From: Zygnema circumcarinatum SAG 698-1b
Taxonomy: Eukaryota > Plantae > Zygnematophyceae
NCBI GenBank assembly: GCA_037447605.1
Contig: CM074808.1
Coordinates: 1,798,001 to 1,862,000 of the forward strand
Length of the DNA: 64,000 nt
Direction: 5' to 3'
Shown here: positions 1-12,369 of the stretch, piece by piece
How positions within the stretch are numbered: position 1 is the first letter of the stretch
Layout: each line of letters starts with the position of its first letter
Translations under genes and position numbers: made by a program
The notes under the pieces: model-generated
Databases searched by the model: none
Told to the model about the DNA's origin: nothing
The model's input: the letters and a program-made list of their open reading frames with translations, nothing else

Positions 1-181
1 CTGTATTTCATTAAGGACTGACTACCAGAAGCTTTCAAGGACTTGTACGAGTATGAAGTTCTTACTTTTTTAGTTCGAGTCGCAGTGCGTTGTATTGCAA
101 GTTGTAGCATTTACATTTGAGTCATTCTTTGGTTGTTTTAGACTCTACTTGCTCATGGAACGCATCAAGGGGGAATTTCAG

Positions 182-3100
182 AGCTTTTGGAGGAGCTGAG
201 TCAACTATTGACTGGGATTTCCCTCATGAAGGAGCTGACACTGCGGACCAAAGACTACCTGGTATCATTTGGAGAGCGTTTATCCACACGGCTCTTCTGC
301 GCTTTGCTTAACAAGCAGGGTGTAAAGGCTCGCCAGGTGATTTTGTTTATCAGAGAATTATGGTGAAGACTCCCTTCAATTTGGTTGTGTGCCATCACTC
401 TCCTCAGCATGGCTTTAAGGGTTTTATGTCTAGTGCATGGCTGCCAGCATACAATGTGTGGATGGGTTGTGTCTTAACCAATACTTTTGCCTTTTCCCCT
501 CAATGAAAGGCGTGGCTCTCAATGTGTTGAGCCCAATGCTACATTAGCGTCCGCCTGCCTAAACGCAAGAGGATTGTGGTAGACACTGACGGAACTTATT
601 ATGAATGATCGCAGTATGACGCATTCAAGATTGGGTTTCTGACTACGGACGAGTTCACCAATGCTGATATTCTTGATGAGACTTACGGTGCGGTGTCGGA
701 GCACCTGAACAGAGAATGGCAGGAAGATCCAGCCATTGCAGTTGTTACAGGATTTCTGGGCAAGGTACGTTCCCTCGCCTAAGTATCTGGGGAAAGAATA
801 CGGATTCAGGTGGGCCTTTTGTACGGAACTCTTGTGGCGTCGATAAACTCATGAATGCCACATCATAGAGTATGTACAGGTTAGAGCAAGGTGCAATCAG
901 GGTCTCTCGGAATCGTTTTGTCTTTTGTGATCTTCTTGTTGATCTAGCCATTAATTACCCATAGACAGCAATATCACCATTGTCGAAGTTTTAATCATTT
1001 TGGACAGTCAGCCACACTTCTGCTATAGTTCTGGTCATAGCAGCTGTGGTTGGGGTTTCTTATGGAGGAAATTTTGTAACCTTTGCCTGCCCTTGCTACT
1101 TTGAAAGTGAACGATGAAGTTAAGGAATATTTGTAAACTATGATATATTGATCAATGGAAAGGGAGGATGCAGGGCCGAAAGACAGGTGCGATTACCACA
1201 CTTGGTCGTGGTGGCAGCGATTTAACAGCCACAGTTATTGGCAAGGCGTTAGGCCTTCGAGAAATACAGGTAACTACTGTTGGCCTTTAGTAGCAGGAAA
1301 GGCACATGAAGGGGGTGACTCCAGCACGCACATGAATGTTTTTGGTGATTGAGTGAATGACGTGCTGCAGGTTTGGAAAGACGTCGACGGAGTGCTGACC
1401 TGCGACCCAGGAATCAGACCACAGGCCCTCTGTGTGCCTTTCCTGACTTTCGATGAAGCAGCTGAACTCGCATATTTTGGGGCTCAGGTATATCATCAGT
1501 CTTTTGAAAGTAGTACTACAGATAATCATTGGAATTATCTTTCATCGTTAACCACGAAATCTGAAGATGTGAACGAGGGGGACAATGCAAGTTAAGATCA
1601 GAGATATGTTATGACTATCTTTTTGTAAACATGAGTTCTTTGCTGTGCTTGTGTACTTCAACTTTTAATCAATACGCACTATGCCCTCCCTGTGTATTTT
1701 TGGAAGCTGCCTCGCTTTCGCCGGTGTACTCAATTGGATGCAGTGTGACCACTGCAGGTGTTGCATCCACAGTCCATGCGTCCAGCCAAGGATGCTAATA
1801 TTCCTGTACGCGTGAAAAATTCATATAATCCGTCGGCTCGGGGTACGCTCATCACAGGGAACCGTGACATGAGTGGTGCCCTTCTCACCAGCATTGTGCT
1901 CAAGTCTAATGTGACGATGCTGGACATTGTCAGCCTGCGTATGTTGGGCCAGTTTGGATTCTTGGCAAAGGTATGTCAATTTTCACGATACTGGTCAAGC
2001 CCGCGAGTTTCATTTTCATCACGTGTTGCTGCGTGCGAATGATGATGGTTGTCATGGAATGTTCTGCAGTTTTTGACAAATGAGACTAGAGTGTGATCAC
2101 TCAGGAGTAAGGAACGTGAAGGTGGATTTTATGAAAGGTTCTTGCAGAGTCATCAGTTTAAGCTTTAGAGAAAGGAATCATCGAATTCTGGTACAGAATC
2201 CTAAGGCTGAATAGTTCATAGTTCTAGTTTACCCAAGCATGAGGGGTTTGCATGCTGGTCAGGTTTTCTCTATATTCGAACAGCTAGGCATCTCTGTCGA
2301 TGTGGTGGCTACGAGTGAAGTGAGCATATCGCTTACACTTGATCCAGCCAAGTTATGGAGTCGAGAGCTCATTCAACAGGTGAGTGATATCAATCCTCAT
2401 CAGGCTTATGGTTCATGTAATCATTGTTGTTGCTAAGTCACTTTGAGAAAATATTTCTCCCTAGCTTGTGTGTTTTCTTGTTCTTCTGATTATACCAAGA
2501 GCTAACTGATTCATGCTTGCAGTGTGGGTATTGACTCACGATGCAGTGATGGAGCCATAGGATCACAGCCAATTGGACCGAGAAATAGTTTGGTGACCAC
2601 ACTATGTATCGTATATTTGAACCTTATATTAGGTGCATGAAAGGCGCAGGAGCTAGATCGGATGGTTGAAAGGCTTCAAGAAATTGCGGTGGTTCGCCTG
2701 TTGCAACGACGATCGATTATCTCTCTCATTGGGAATGTGCAGTGTTCATCCTTAATATTGGAAAAGGTGAGCGAGTGGGCCAGAGCTACTCGCAGCAATT
2801 TGGTCATCTCACAGTTGCGGCTGTCTGTTAGGTTTTCAAATGGCAGCTATGCGGTCCCCTCTCTGAAACGTGTGATGGTGATCACTGAAACTGCTGTTGC
2901 TGCTGTGAAGCTGACAGGCATTATGGGAGTGGGAGGTTTGCAGGCATTCAGTGTGTTCAGAAAGAGTGGAATAAACGTACAAATGATCAGTCAAGGGGCT
3001 TCAAAGGTACGCTCTTTGCCATTTATATAGTGGTAGCCAGCCAGGAAAGAAGTGTCATTTCCTGATATGTCAACCAATGGCATTTCCGGTCCTTTCGTTG

Positions 3101-3294
3101 AAGCTTGTTAATGGAATGGTTCTGGCACCGTATCGCAGGTAAACATCAGCCTTGTCGTTGATGATGCGGATGCCCGCGAACTTGTGGAGAAGCTTCATTG
3201 GGAGTTTTTTGAGCAACCCGAACCAGTGGAAGGGAGGTTACTGGAGAATTTTATTCCAGCAACGGGCCTGAAGGCAACCAATGGTCATGCGTGA
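182..3294 (+). CDS. AK: Monofunctional (lysine-sensitive type) aspartate kinase; 5' part lies outside the window
   Basis: Spliced exons 182-336 ([20 protein letters not shown]), 615-764, 1174-1269 ([13 protein letters not shown]), 1371-1487 ([13 protein letters not shown]...[13 protein letters not shown]), 1758-1970, 2263-2379, 2650-2766, 2944-3006, 3139-3294. All are GT-AG, with ACT-domain segments at the C-terminus and stop TGA at 3292-3294. Confidence 0.96.
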
Positions 3295-4212
3295 TCAATG
3301 AACTCTTGAGGCATCAAATCAGTCGCGTCGTGGAGTTTCCTGGAGAACACGAGACAGCTCTCGTACCAACCTCCTGTTAGTATGATATTCCAGATTTTGT
3401 CTGGCTTCAAATCTTGACATTCTTCTTGCAATAAGTGCTTCTCCAAGCACTTCTTTATTCAATGTTTAAGTGACCGTCGTATTCTGGCAAGTGGCAGCAA
3501 AGCTCCTGCTTTATGTATCGGTCTTTATTCCAAAGCCTCCATGATGCATGGGTCATAGTTGCAAGTGATGCTTTATCATGTATAGAATCCAGACGTCAGG
3601 AACATGGTCACTGTTTCTGGTTGTCAGCGCAAGAAGCTCGGCTTCGTCTGCATTCTATATACAAGGTTCGATTTGGTAAGAATAGTTGGTTATGAATATG
3701 AACAGTTAGTCGTAAGTGGGCGGTTTGGGAGGCAAGGGAAGAGGCAGTAAGCTCAGGGTTGGCTTCTCAGATGTAGACGTGCGAAGTCGTCAATGGCAAT
3801 GTTACTGTTTTCACTAATAATATGAGCGACCCCTTTTTTTTTTATCAACTTTCAACTGTCCACTGACTGCTATCTTTTGTCTATGGTCGTCTCTATTGTG
3901 CGTAGTGTGCTTCTACAGCGATAATTGAGCAACTTTTTTATCGTTCTGATTTTATAATGGCGGGGTTATCAAAGGAATAGAGGAAATAAAGCAATTGTAA
4001 TGAAAATGGACGTGGAGTTGTATCAAACGAAGTGCGATTGACTATATTAAGCAATGTGGTTCTAAAAGCAATTGCTATTGTGCGGAGAAGAGGGGGGGGG
4101 TGCTGAAAGGCGCCCTCGATAGACAACTCTTCCAATTAGTTTCAATAGATTTTAAGTTTCGACAAACCCCTGCCCCCTCGGCCTGCTGCTGTCCAGTATC
4201 CTGGTACAGCTT

Positions 4213-5830
4213 AGGGTTGACTAAGCAACCATTGGTTCCAATGGTTGGCCATCCAACGGTTCGCCTCCATGGAACCATTGCCAATCAATGGTTGCAACCA
4301 TTGGTAGTGGTTGAGTCGGTCCGATGCACGTGGTTTGAACCATTGGCAGAAATTCAACACAAAGATTTCAACAATGGGCAATGGTTGGCCCCGTCTTACG
4401 CCAATGACCGGAACTATTCCAATGGTTGCAGAATCTGCAATGGTTGGAATCATTACCAGAAAGCATAACATATGCCGACTCGTGTATTCCCATCTCGTAC
4501 TCAATGGAAGCACTGTATTTCTAACCATTGTATCGCAAATTACAATAACTCTCAGGTGAAATAATGAAGGAATGTGAAATTCCTCGAAGCAAAGGTTCGA
4601 AGCATTGGCAATGGTTCGCAAGTATTGCGTTTTAGTGGTTGCAATCGTTGGCTTGGTCGCCAGCCGATGCCAACCAATGGGTTGCAACCATTCCCAATGG
4701 TTGGGGTTGCGACCAGTAGCAACGGTTGGTCGGACGGCGACGCAACCATTTCACAGGTCAGACCATTGGATCGGCAACCATCGGACCACCATTAGGGGGA
4801 GTCAGACCTTGGCCATCGCCAAACCAATTCCGCGAGCCCGTAGGGCCAATTCCGCGTTGTACGGCAGGCCTTTTCCGCCAAAAGTGAACGTCCGACAGGC
4901 TCGGGCGCCGAGCCTGTATCTCATTTTTGTAACCTATTTCGAAGTACGGACGGGACAGACAGGTTCGGGGGGAGCCGCGGTTTCCGACCCGAATTCTGCA
5001 ATCGAAATCAATACCTTTCCGCTGGCGGAATCTTTCAATTCCGCGGGCGATGGTCAAGGTCTGACTCCCCCTATTGGATGGAAATGGTTGGACGTTTAAT
5101 GATTGTCGACCAGTCGAATGGATGCCAACCATTGGCATCCACTGGTTCCGAACCATTTGAATGGTTGCTAACCATTGGCATCCACTGGTTCCGAACCATT
5201 TGAATGGTTGCTAACCATTGGCATCCACTGGTTCCGAACCAGTCGAATGGTTGTTTGCCGATGGTTTGCAACCAGTCGAATGGTTAGCAAGCATTGGCAT
5301 CCACTGGTTCCGAACCATTTGAATGGTTGCTAACCATTGGCATCCACTGGTTCCGAACCATTTGAATGGTTGCTAACCATTGGCATCCACTGGTTCCGAA
5401 CCATTTGAATGGTTGCTAACCATTGGCATCCACTGGTTCCGAACCAGTCGAATGGTTGTTTGCCGATGGTTTGCAACCAGTCGAATGGTTAGCAAGCATT
5501 GGCATCCAGCAAGCATTGGCATCCACTGGTTCCGAACCATTTGAATGGTTGCTAACCATTGGCATCCACTGGTTCCGAACCAGTCGAATGGTTGTTTGCC
5601 GATGGTTTGCAACCAGTCGAATGGTTAGCAAGCATTGGCATCCACTGGTTCTGAACCAGTCGAATGGTTGCCAACCATTGGCATCCACTGGTTCTGAACC
5701 AGTCGAATGGTTGCCAACCATTGGCATCCACTGGTTTCGAACCATTCGAATGGTTGTTTCGGTCCGACGCCAATGGTTGGCACCCAGTCTAATGGTTGGT
5801 CCAATGGTCCGACCTGTGCACCATACCAAT
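4213..5830. repeat. Repeat region of AACCA-loop-TGGTT palindromic modules, with a regular 43-bp minisatellite and higher-order structure at 5108-5755
   Basis: Unit aaccattggcatccactggttccg (24 nt) + aaccatttgaatggttgct (19 nt). About 12 full 24-mers, and a 33-nt variant module at 5237, 5442 and 5578. Degenerate modules fill 4225-4790. Confidence 0.93.
4795..5071. mobile_element. 277-bp non-autonomous TIR element (MITE-like) flanked by TA, inserted in the palindromic repeat region
   Basis: Left end gggggagtcagaccttggccatcgcc; the reverse complement of the right end is gggggagtcagaccttgaccatcgcc (1 mismatch in 26). TA at 4793-4794 and 5072-5073. No ORF of transposase size. Confidence 0.85.
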
Positions 5831-6036
5831 GGTTGGTCCCGCGCTCCGAGTCCTCCCTGTTGTACATTACGGCGCTTGACCCGTACTCCACTTCAAAAAG
5901 CGCTAGTTTTCCCTTTGCTCATCTGGTCCACGCCAGACTCGTCTACATCCAAGTTCAAGATTCCGCATGCCCCCAGAAGCCAAGCCGCGTTCAGTCTCCT
6001 GAGGGAAGGCAGAGCTCGCCACGCAGAGCAGCAGCC

Positions 6037-9000
6037 ATGGCGGCCTCTGCTGCGGCGGCTATGGGAGGACGGGGGAGCCCTGCCTTCTCTCTCGGCGGCT
6101 GCAGCAATGGCCTTTCGCGTGCAGAGTCGAGGCTTACCATAATTGAAGCGAGGGAGAGGGAGCAGCTGCCACGTAACGCCATTGCTTTGCATAGGGACTG
6201 GAAGCAGGCTGAGTCTTCGAGCGCCTTTTTGCAAGAGTTGCGTTCTGACCGCGCGTACGGACGGTCTTTAAAGCCTCAGTTAAATCAACATAAATTGGTG
6301 AAGCGTTATCCTCGGTTGAATATTGCAAGCTCGATCCAACAAAGCGATATAGTTGAAGCGCCTGAAGTCTCTCCACCTTCTGATCTCGCTAAATATATTT
6401 TAAGAGGACCTATTTTAAAGAAGCTGGCCTTCTCGTCCGAAGAGGTTCAAAAGAATCTGAATCAATGGCAATCGCTTGCTGTAGAGCTTGCTGGACAGCT
6501 GCATTTTGACATAAATGAGCTGAGTGAGAGTGAAAAGTGCCGCATATACCATTACTATTTGCCAGTTTTCTTTTGGTGCTGTCAACAGCTCGATTCTCAC
6601 AAGTTGGCTGCCGGAGAAATTGCTCATTCTCCACTAGTGGTGAGTTAGGAATCAAAGCTTGTAGTCTCTCACCGTTGCCCAAGTTTTATCATTTTTTTCT
6701 TTTTTTCTTAAAGCCTTCTTGAAGTTAATGTAAGCCGTGTACCGCGTCGAAGTACAATGTCAGTCCTTGAGGCGACTTTTTGGCATTATGTGAAAGTGAA
6801 CAATGTGGTAAATAAGGAGTACCTTCTTGCAAAAACTCAGCTTGTTCCTTGTTAGTGAAGTAGAATATATATTTCTTGCCATTTTCAAGAGTGTATGCAC
6901 CTGCATGCAGACAGGGTAATCGATTCTGCTAGCTGAGAACTGCGACATGCCAGGAACTAAGCCACCGGTATAGCTGTTGCAGATTGGAATCAGCGCTCCT
7001 CAGGGTTGCGGCAAAACCACCGTGGTCGAGTCCCTTGAGCATTTATTTCATCAAACAGGCAGGTACGTCCTTCACAGCCTTGAGTGTTGGTTTATACAGT
7101 TTCTTGAAAACTAGCATGATGAGTTCACTCTACAGAACCCCCGAATACTTGCAGCCCAAGTGCACTCCAATACCAATTCATCTCCATTTTCTTCCAGGCC
7201 CGCATGTAGAGTCTAATTCCCCATTCTCAATTGCCTGTTGAGTAATTCGTGCTAGGTGCAGGGCAGCAGCTTCGCATAAGTAAGGACTGATTATTGCAGA
7301 CTAGTCCGAGACTTGCTGCGTGACCTTGAATCTCTTGTATTGTGCATCTGACAGGTCCGCAGCAAGTATTTCGATAGACGACTTCTATCTGACAGCTGCT
7401 GAACAGGTGATAAGGGGTCCTTGTAAGCTCAGCAGTTTAGCTTGCTTGACATCCAGAGTCATTGATGTGAAACCTACTTACACGATCTCTGGGAGTATAA
7501 CATGATCTAGTATTAATTGTTGATTTCGGCCACGTGAATGTGAATACATGTAATTGCCGGATTTGATGGTTGAGAAACAGATGTTCTCTTTGTGTGGCAG
7601 TTTTACCTAGTTTAACTATTACGAACTTCAGCCTAAGCTGAAGATTTTCATAAGTTCTCGATGCTGGACAAATGCGGAAACAGGCACACACTTGATAGAA
7701 CATGGGAATAGGAAAATTGTAGAAGATTATGAAAAATTATGTATTATTGGAAAATCTTGTTGGACAGATTGTGCTGATGTCTCCGGGTTGGTGACCGACC
7801 ATATTTTGAATGTCAGAATCAAATGTGGTTTACTTCTATCACTTACAGCCTGCCGGACACTGTAAGTTCGTTTGCTAAATGGTAGCAGAGTGCACGAGTT
7901 CGCAATTTCCCCCGACGTCAGAAGTCCGTCATTTCTCATCAGCTCCTTTGGTATAACTAAGAGTCTGTGATGGATTGCTGGAGGTTGACTGTGCAGGAAG
8001 AATTGGCCAAGACTAATTTTGGAAACCCCCTTCTGGAGGTGAGCATTGGATGGTAGTGATGGGATCTGCCTTTCTTGTTCGCAGTTAAGTCCATGTGGTA
8101 GAGCGCTGCCTATGGTTCAGAAGTGCAGCATACTGCTCACACGATGTGACACTGTTTGCACTATCGTCGTATGAAGTGGGTTATTGTCGGAAAGGAAGGA
8201 CACTTAGTTAGCACTCGGTTTATTTTTATTGGCTGGTGTGATTCTGGACATTGCACGAGGAAGAATAATGGAAATTTCAAGTACAAGAGCGTGTAGGTTC
8301 TGGTAATGTGTTGATCAATAACGAGACGGGCCATTCGGGCCATTCTTTTCAAAGTCTTGCAGAGGTGTGAAAGATGGTTTCCGGTATATTGTTGTCGCTC
8401 TAAAGGAGTTATTTCAAAGGCGCGATTGATAATCAAGGCTTGGTTGTCATTTGGCTTTAATTCTCTTCACTTTGAGAAGAACATGTGGTTGTCGATTCTT
8501 GTGTGATCTTGAGTCGAGGGACGCTCCCATGAGAGTTCATCCACCTGAGTGAGGATGATTCACTTCTTGCAGCTTCGAGGAAATGCGGGAAGCCATGACC
8601 TGCAGCTTGCTTTTGAAACCCTGCGAGCACTGAAGCGCCTCACTGATGCAAGTGAGGCTGCACCCGCCTCTTGAAGTTTCAACTTGCTGTTCCGTAGGGT
8701 GCAGAATGGGTTTATTCTAACATGCAAGCATTTGAAGATGGGGATTAAACCAATGGTTTAGTCTGAACATTTGTTTGGCTCATTTACCAAAACCTTATTC
8801 ATTGCGGCGAGGGACTGGGTTTGCAGGTGGAAGTGTCAGCCTCCCACGCTATGACAAGGTGCTGAGGTTTTCTGATCCTTCATGCTCGGCGTACTCTGTA
8901 TCTCCAATAAGATTGTCTTCTGACGAAGTGCGGTGGTGCTGAGATGATTCTTCATATAAGGGAGATTTACTAATCACAATCTGTCTTTAACTGTTGGTTC

Positions 9001-10051
9001 CTGTTCATTGCCAGTCGGCAAATGCAGGTCGAGGTGACCGGGCTGACCCTGCGTCATGGCCTCGGGTGACGGGTCCTTTGGATATCATCCTCTTTGAAGG
9101 CTGGATGCTTGGCTTTGAGCCCGTCTCTCCTGAGGACGCCATCGCCGTTGATCCTAAGGTATGATTTTTATATTTTTTGCCACTGCTTCTCAGGCATTTT
9201 GCTGGACACGATATGACCAGTTGGGAATGGTTCAGCTCGTAGATAAAACACCAGCTTACAAAACACTGCAAGAGCGGTATCTGCACTTTGGTGCACTACA
9301 TTTATGCCCTGTTGGCTCTCGTTTCTCAAGTTGCAGATTTCTTGAGTTTCTGCAGCTGATTTTTTTGTTGGAGAGACAAGGTTCTCCTCGCTTACTTGCT
9401 GCATGGGGTTCCGGAAGTAGCTTGCAGAAGTGAACCAAATGCTGCAACAATATGGTGCATTGCACAGTTTGGTGGATTCGTGGATCATCATTCAAGTCAG
9501 TGACCCCAATTGGGTTTTTAAGTGGCGCCTCCAGGTGCTCGCTCGCTGACAATATAGCCTGCATTTTCTCTGAGCCTTTGCTCCCAATTGTGCCTGCTTA
9601 AGTTACGCTGCGGGATCATGTGATCCTGCTGCTCAGGAGAATGAATGAACATTGTCGCACTGTGTGCGTTTGGGACTGGATGAGCTGCAGGCAGAAGTCC
9701 AGATGAGAAACAGAGGGAAAGCAGGAATGACTGACGAACAGGTATGCGGCTTCGTGCCGTCTCACTCTTTCTCGAATACACATGCAAGAAAAATTCTCCA
9801 GAATTTGCAATTGTGAACCCTACAGGGTGTGCCTTTCCTTTCGTTTGAAGGGTGCTTTCACGGTCTCCAAGATTACAAACAGGGGGTGGGTGTGGCTTGG
9901 CCTATTACAGGTGGCTGATTTTGTGGCACGCTACATCCCTGCTTACAAGGCGTACTTGCCCGGCTTGTATCGGGATGGCCCTACCACTGCCATTCCTGAC
10001 AGGACTTTACGTCTAAAGATTGATGAGAGTCGGACGCCTCTCGAGTCTTGA
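6037..10051 (+). CDS. GLYK: D-glycerate 3-kinase, plastid-targeted
   Basis: Exon 6037-6639 (HYYLPVFFWC), P-loop exon 6982-7062 (IGISAPQGCGKTT), SIDDFYLT, LRGNAGSHDL, PRYDK, IILFEGWMLGF, WVFKWRLQAE, and last exon VADFVARYIPAYKAYLPGLY ending TGA at 10051. Confidence 0.95.
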
Positions 10052-10911
10052 AGAAGATGAAGGGCGTTGCGTCCATCCATTTGGCTTTTGTAATGCCCCG
10101 CCTCAAGTGCTTGCGGACCGAGGCAGCTGCAGCCTGTTGAGAGCTTGTGCAAACCATAGGTTGCGGCCTTCATCGCAACATAGGATCGCAGGATTTCCTT
10201 AGAAGAGGAGCTCTGTGAAAGTGGAGATTAAGCAGGTCGTCAGCTCCAGTACATTAGGGTCCTTTTTCATGTCCGAGTTCCTTTCCCAATTTCTTTCTGA
10301 AGTTACGAACCCAGCCAGCCCGAAGTTTATGTACACAAAACTTGCGAGCCGTAAAAAGGCCTTTTCAATAAGAACATGCCACGTGGTTGACACCTGCAAC
10401 ATAGACACCGATTGCTCTACCTGTCAAATCGCTTGCTCGAGTGGTCGCCACTTGGGTGACATTTTCTTCATTTTGTCTGAAGTAAAAAATAGTGGTTTGC
10501 CCCATTTTCATTGCGAATACGGTCACGACCTCTCAAGGCTTCTAATAGAATCTGGGTACCAAAAAAGTGCTGCATAAACCGGCAGGCAGACGACCATCCA
10601 TACAACAGGAAAAGACAAACATTTCCGTTTTTATGCGAGAAACAAAATGGAGGACAACGCTCATAAACCATCCCGACGACTGCACAACATTTTCTGCGAG
10701 CGCTTTATTGCAGTCTCATTGAAAAAAAAAAAAAAAAATGAAAAATGAAAAATGCTGGTCAGCCAGTTCCATGTTTAGCTACACTCTTGAACTGCACTTT
10801 GAAATTGAGCAGCGATGGAAACTGCAAACATAATGATGTTGCAGCAAAAAAATCGCACTCAATCTCCCAAAGTCTGAGCAAACTAAACTGAAACTGAACC
10901 TGAAGCTGACG

Positions 10912-11100
10912 TAGACACCGACTAATGAAGGAATGCAAAAGTGCAAACACTGTACATCAAAATGCAAAATTGACGTGCAACTAAAACTAAAACTGATGCT
11001 GAATCTTAGACACCGACTAATGAAGGAATGCAAAAGTGCAAACACTGTACATCAAAATGCAAAATTGACGTGCAACTAAAACTAAAACCGATGCTGAATC
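10912..11100. repeat. Two-copy 95-bp tandem duplication
   Basis: tagacaccgactaatgaaggaatgcaaaagtgcaaacactgtacatcaaaatgc... at 10912 and again at 11007, near-identical. Confidence 0.92.
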
Positions 11101-11330
11101 GTCCCATTCGCTTTGGAGTTTTTGAAACGCGTCTCTTTTGCTCGCCACATATTGTACGCCTCCAAACAATCTCTCTTGAGTTCCTTCGCAGTCTTCAGCT
11201 TCGCTTGACTCAACCATTGCTTTAAACTCTCAAGGACAGAGCGGACACTTGAGGTTGCGGCCATCCTTACATGGCTAAAAGACCCCCCTCGGGTCACTCC
11301 ACATGGGATGAATTGGTTTCACCGGAGTTT

Positions 11331-12195
11331 TCAGCGGTTTCGGGGCAAGTCCAAATTCACGTGCCAGCCCGAGAAACGATTCCTCTCGCGATCCAAATCA
11401 TTCAACCTTTCACGAATAAAAGCTAATTCTTGCCATTCTTTTTCCTGCTTCATTCTCCGAGAGGAGAAGCTTTGCGGAGTGGGACTTGGCAAAATTACTC
11501 CCATTCGCCTTTGCCCCTCCCGTGTACTACTGTGGCGGCGGCTGTATTGCGGCTCACGGAACGCCAGTTGGCTCGCACTGAACACTGATGAGTCACGAAA
11601 GATGGACTGCCTGGCACTAAATGGCAGTTCAGGCTCATAGAGCCTTGACTGCCTGGTATTAAATGGCGACTGAGGCTGATAGAGCGGCGAGTAATATGCG
11701 GGATATGTCTTCACGGTCGGGGGAACCTGTATTGCCAACAAGAGACAACAAGCGCCACATTAGTCCGGCATATGCATACCAACCCAAAAAACTCATCCAT
11801 ACAAAAGCAAGCACCAAGGCAAAGAACTTTTTGATGCTAACAACCCTCAAAACAAAAGGCTTGAAAGCTTCATAAGATGCAGCAGGTCATACCCGGCGAG
11901 GATTGGCTAACTCCCTTGCGAACTCCTTGTGCAGCCAATCCACAATGGAAAGGTATGTCTTTCCGACTTCTTTGGCGCCCACACCAAGCCAGAACCAAGC
12001 CGTGTACAGCAAACTGTATCCAAGATTTTCCATGACTACCAGCCATGGGACACTGCAAAAATCGAAGGCAAGGCCTTCAAGCTGCGCACAGGCCGCTACA
12101 ACAGTCTTCAACCCACTGCTTAGCGCTGCTGCGAGCAGTTGCATCGCTTGCAGCCATAAGGCGCACAAAGCAGCTGCAACCTTCTGCGCGGCCAT
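11331..12195 (-). CDS. Hypothetical two-exon protein (about 230 aa) with a hydrophobic N-terminal half
   Basis: ATG at 12195 (MAAQKVAAALCALWLQ...) after a (CT)n-rich leader. Donor GT at 11892 and acceptor CAG at 11729-11727 join in phase 0 to VPPTVKTYPAY...; stop at 11331. No family recognised. Confidence 0.55.
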
Positions 12196-12210
12196 GGATG
12201 AGCACGGGGG

Positions 12211-12250
<40 letters not shown>

Positions 12251-12262
12251 GAGAGAGAGAGA
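12211..12262. repeat. (GA)n microsatellite
   Basis: Directly visible, with one interruption. Confidence 0.95.
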
Positions 12263-12369
12263 GGTGAGTGAGGGAGAAATGATGGCCCGGGCCGGAGGGC
12301 GTGGCCTTGGGGTGGGCCCCGGGCAGCCCTGAAATGGTTTTGGCTGCCGTGTGCGCGACGTAAGCGTCC

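Noticed and set aside
4088-4140. Purine run agaggggggggg followed by TG, resembling a polypurine tract and LTR start
   Set aside because: No second LTR, primer-binding site or gag/pol remnant was found in the window.
5108-5755. CRISPR-like array of palindromic repeats
   Set aside because: The intervening sequences are themselves repeated modules, not unique spacers; there are no cas genes and the context is eukaryotic.
4075-5891. Many overlapping ORFs (for example 5423..6142, 5071..5271, 5373..5612)
   Set aside because: They are translations of the 43-bp satellite in multiple frames, with no coding signature.
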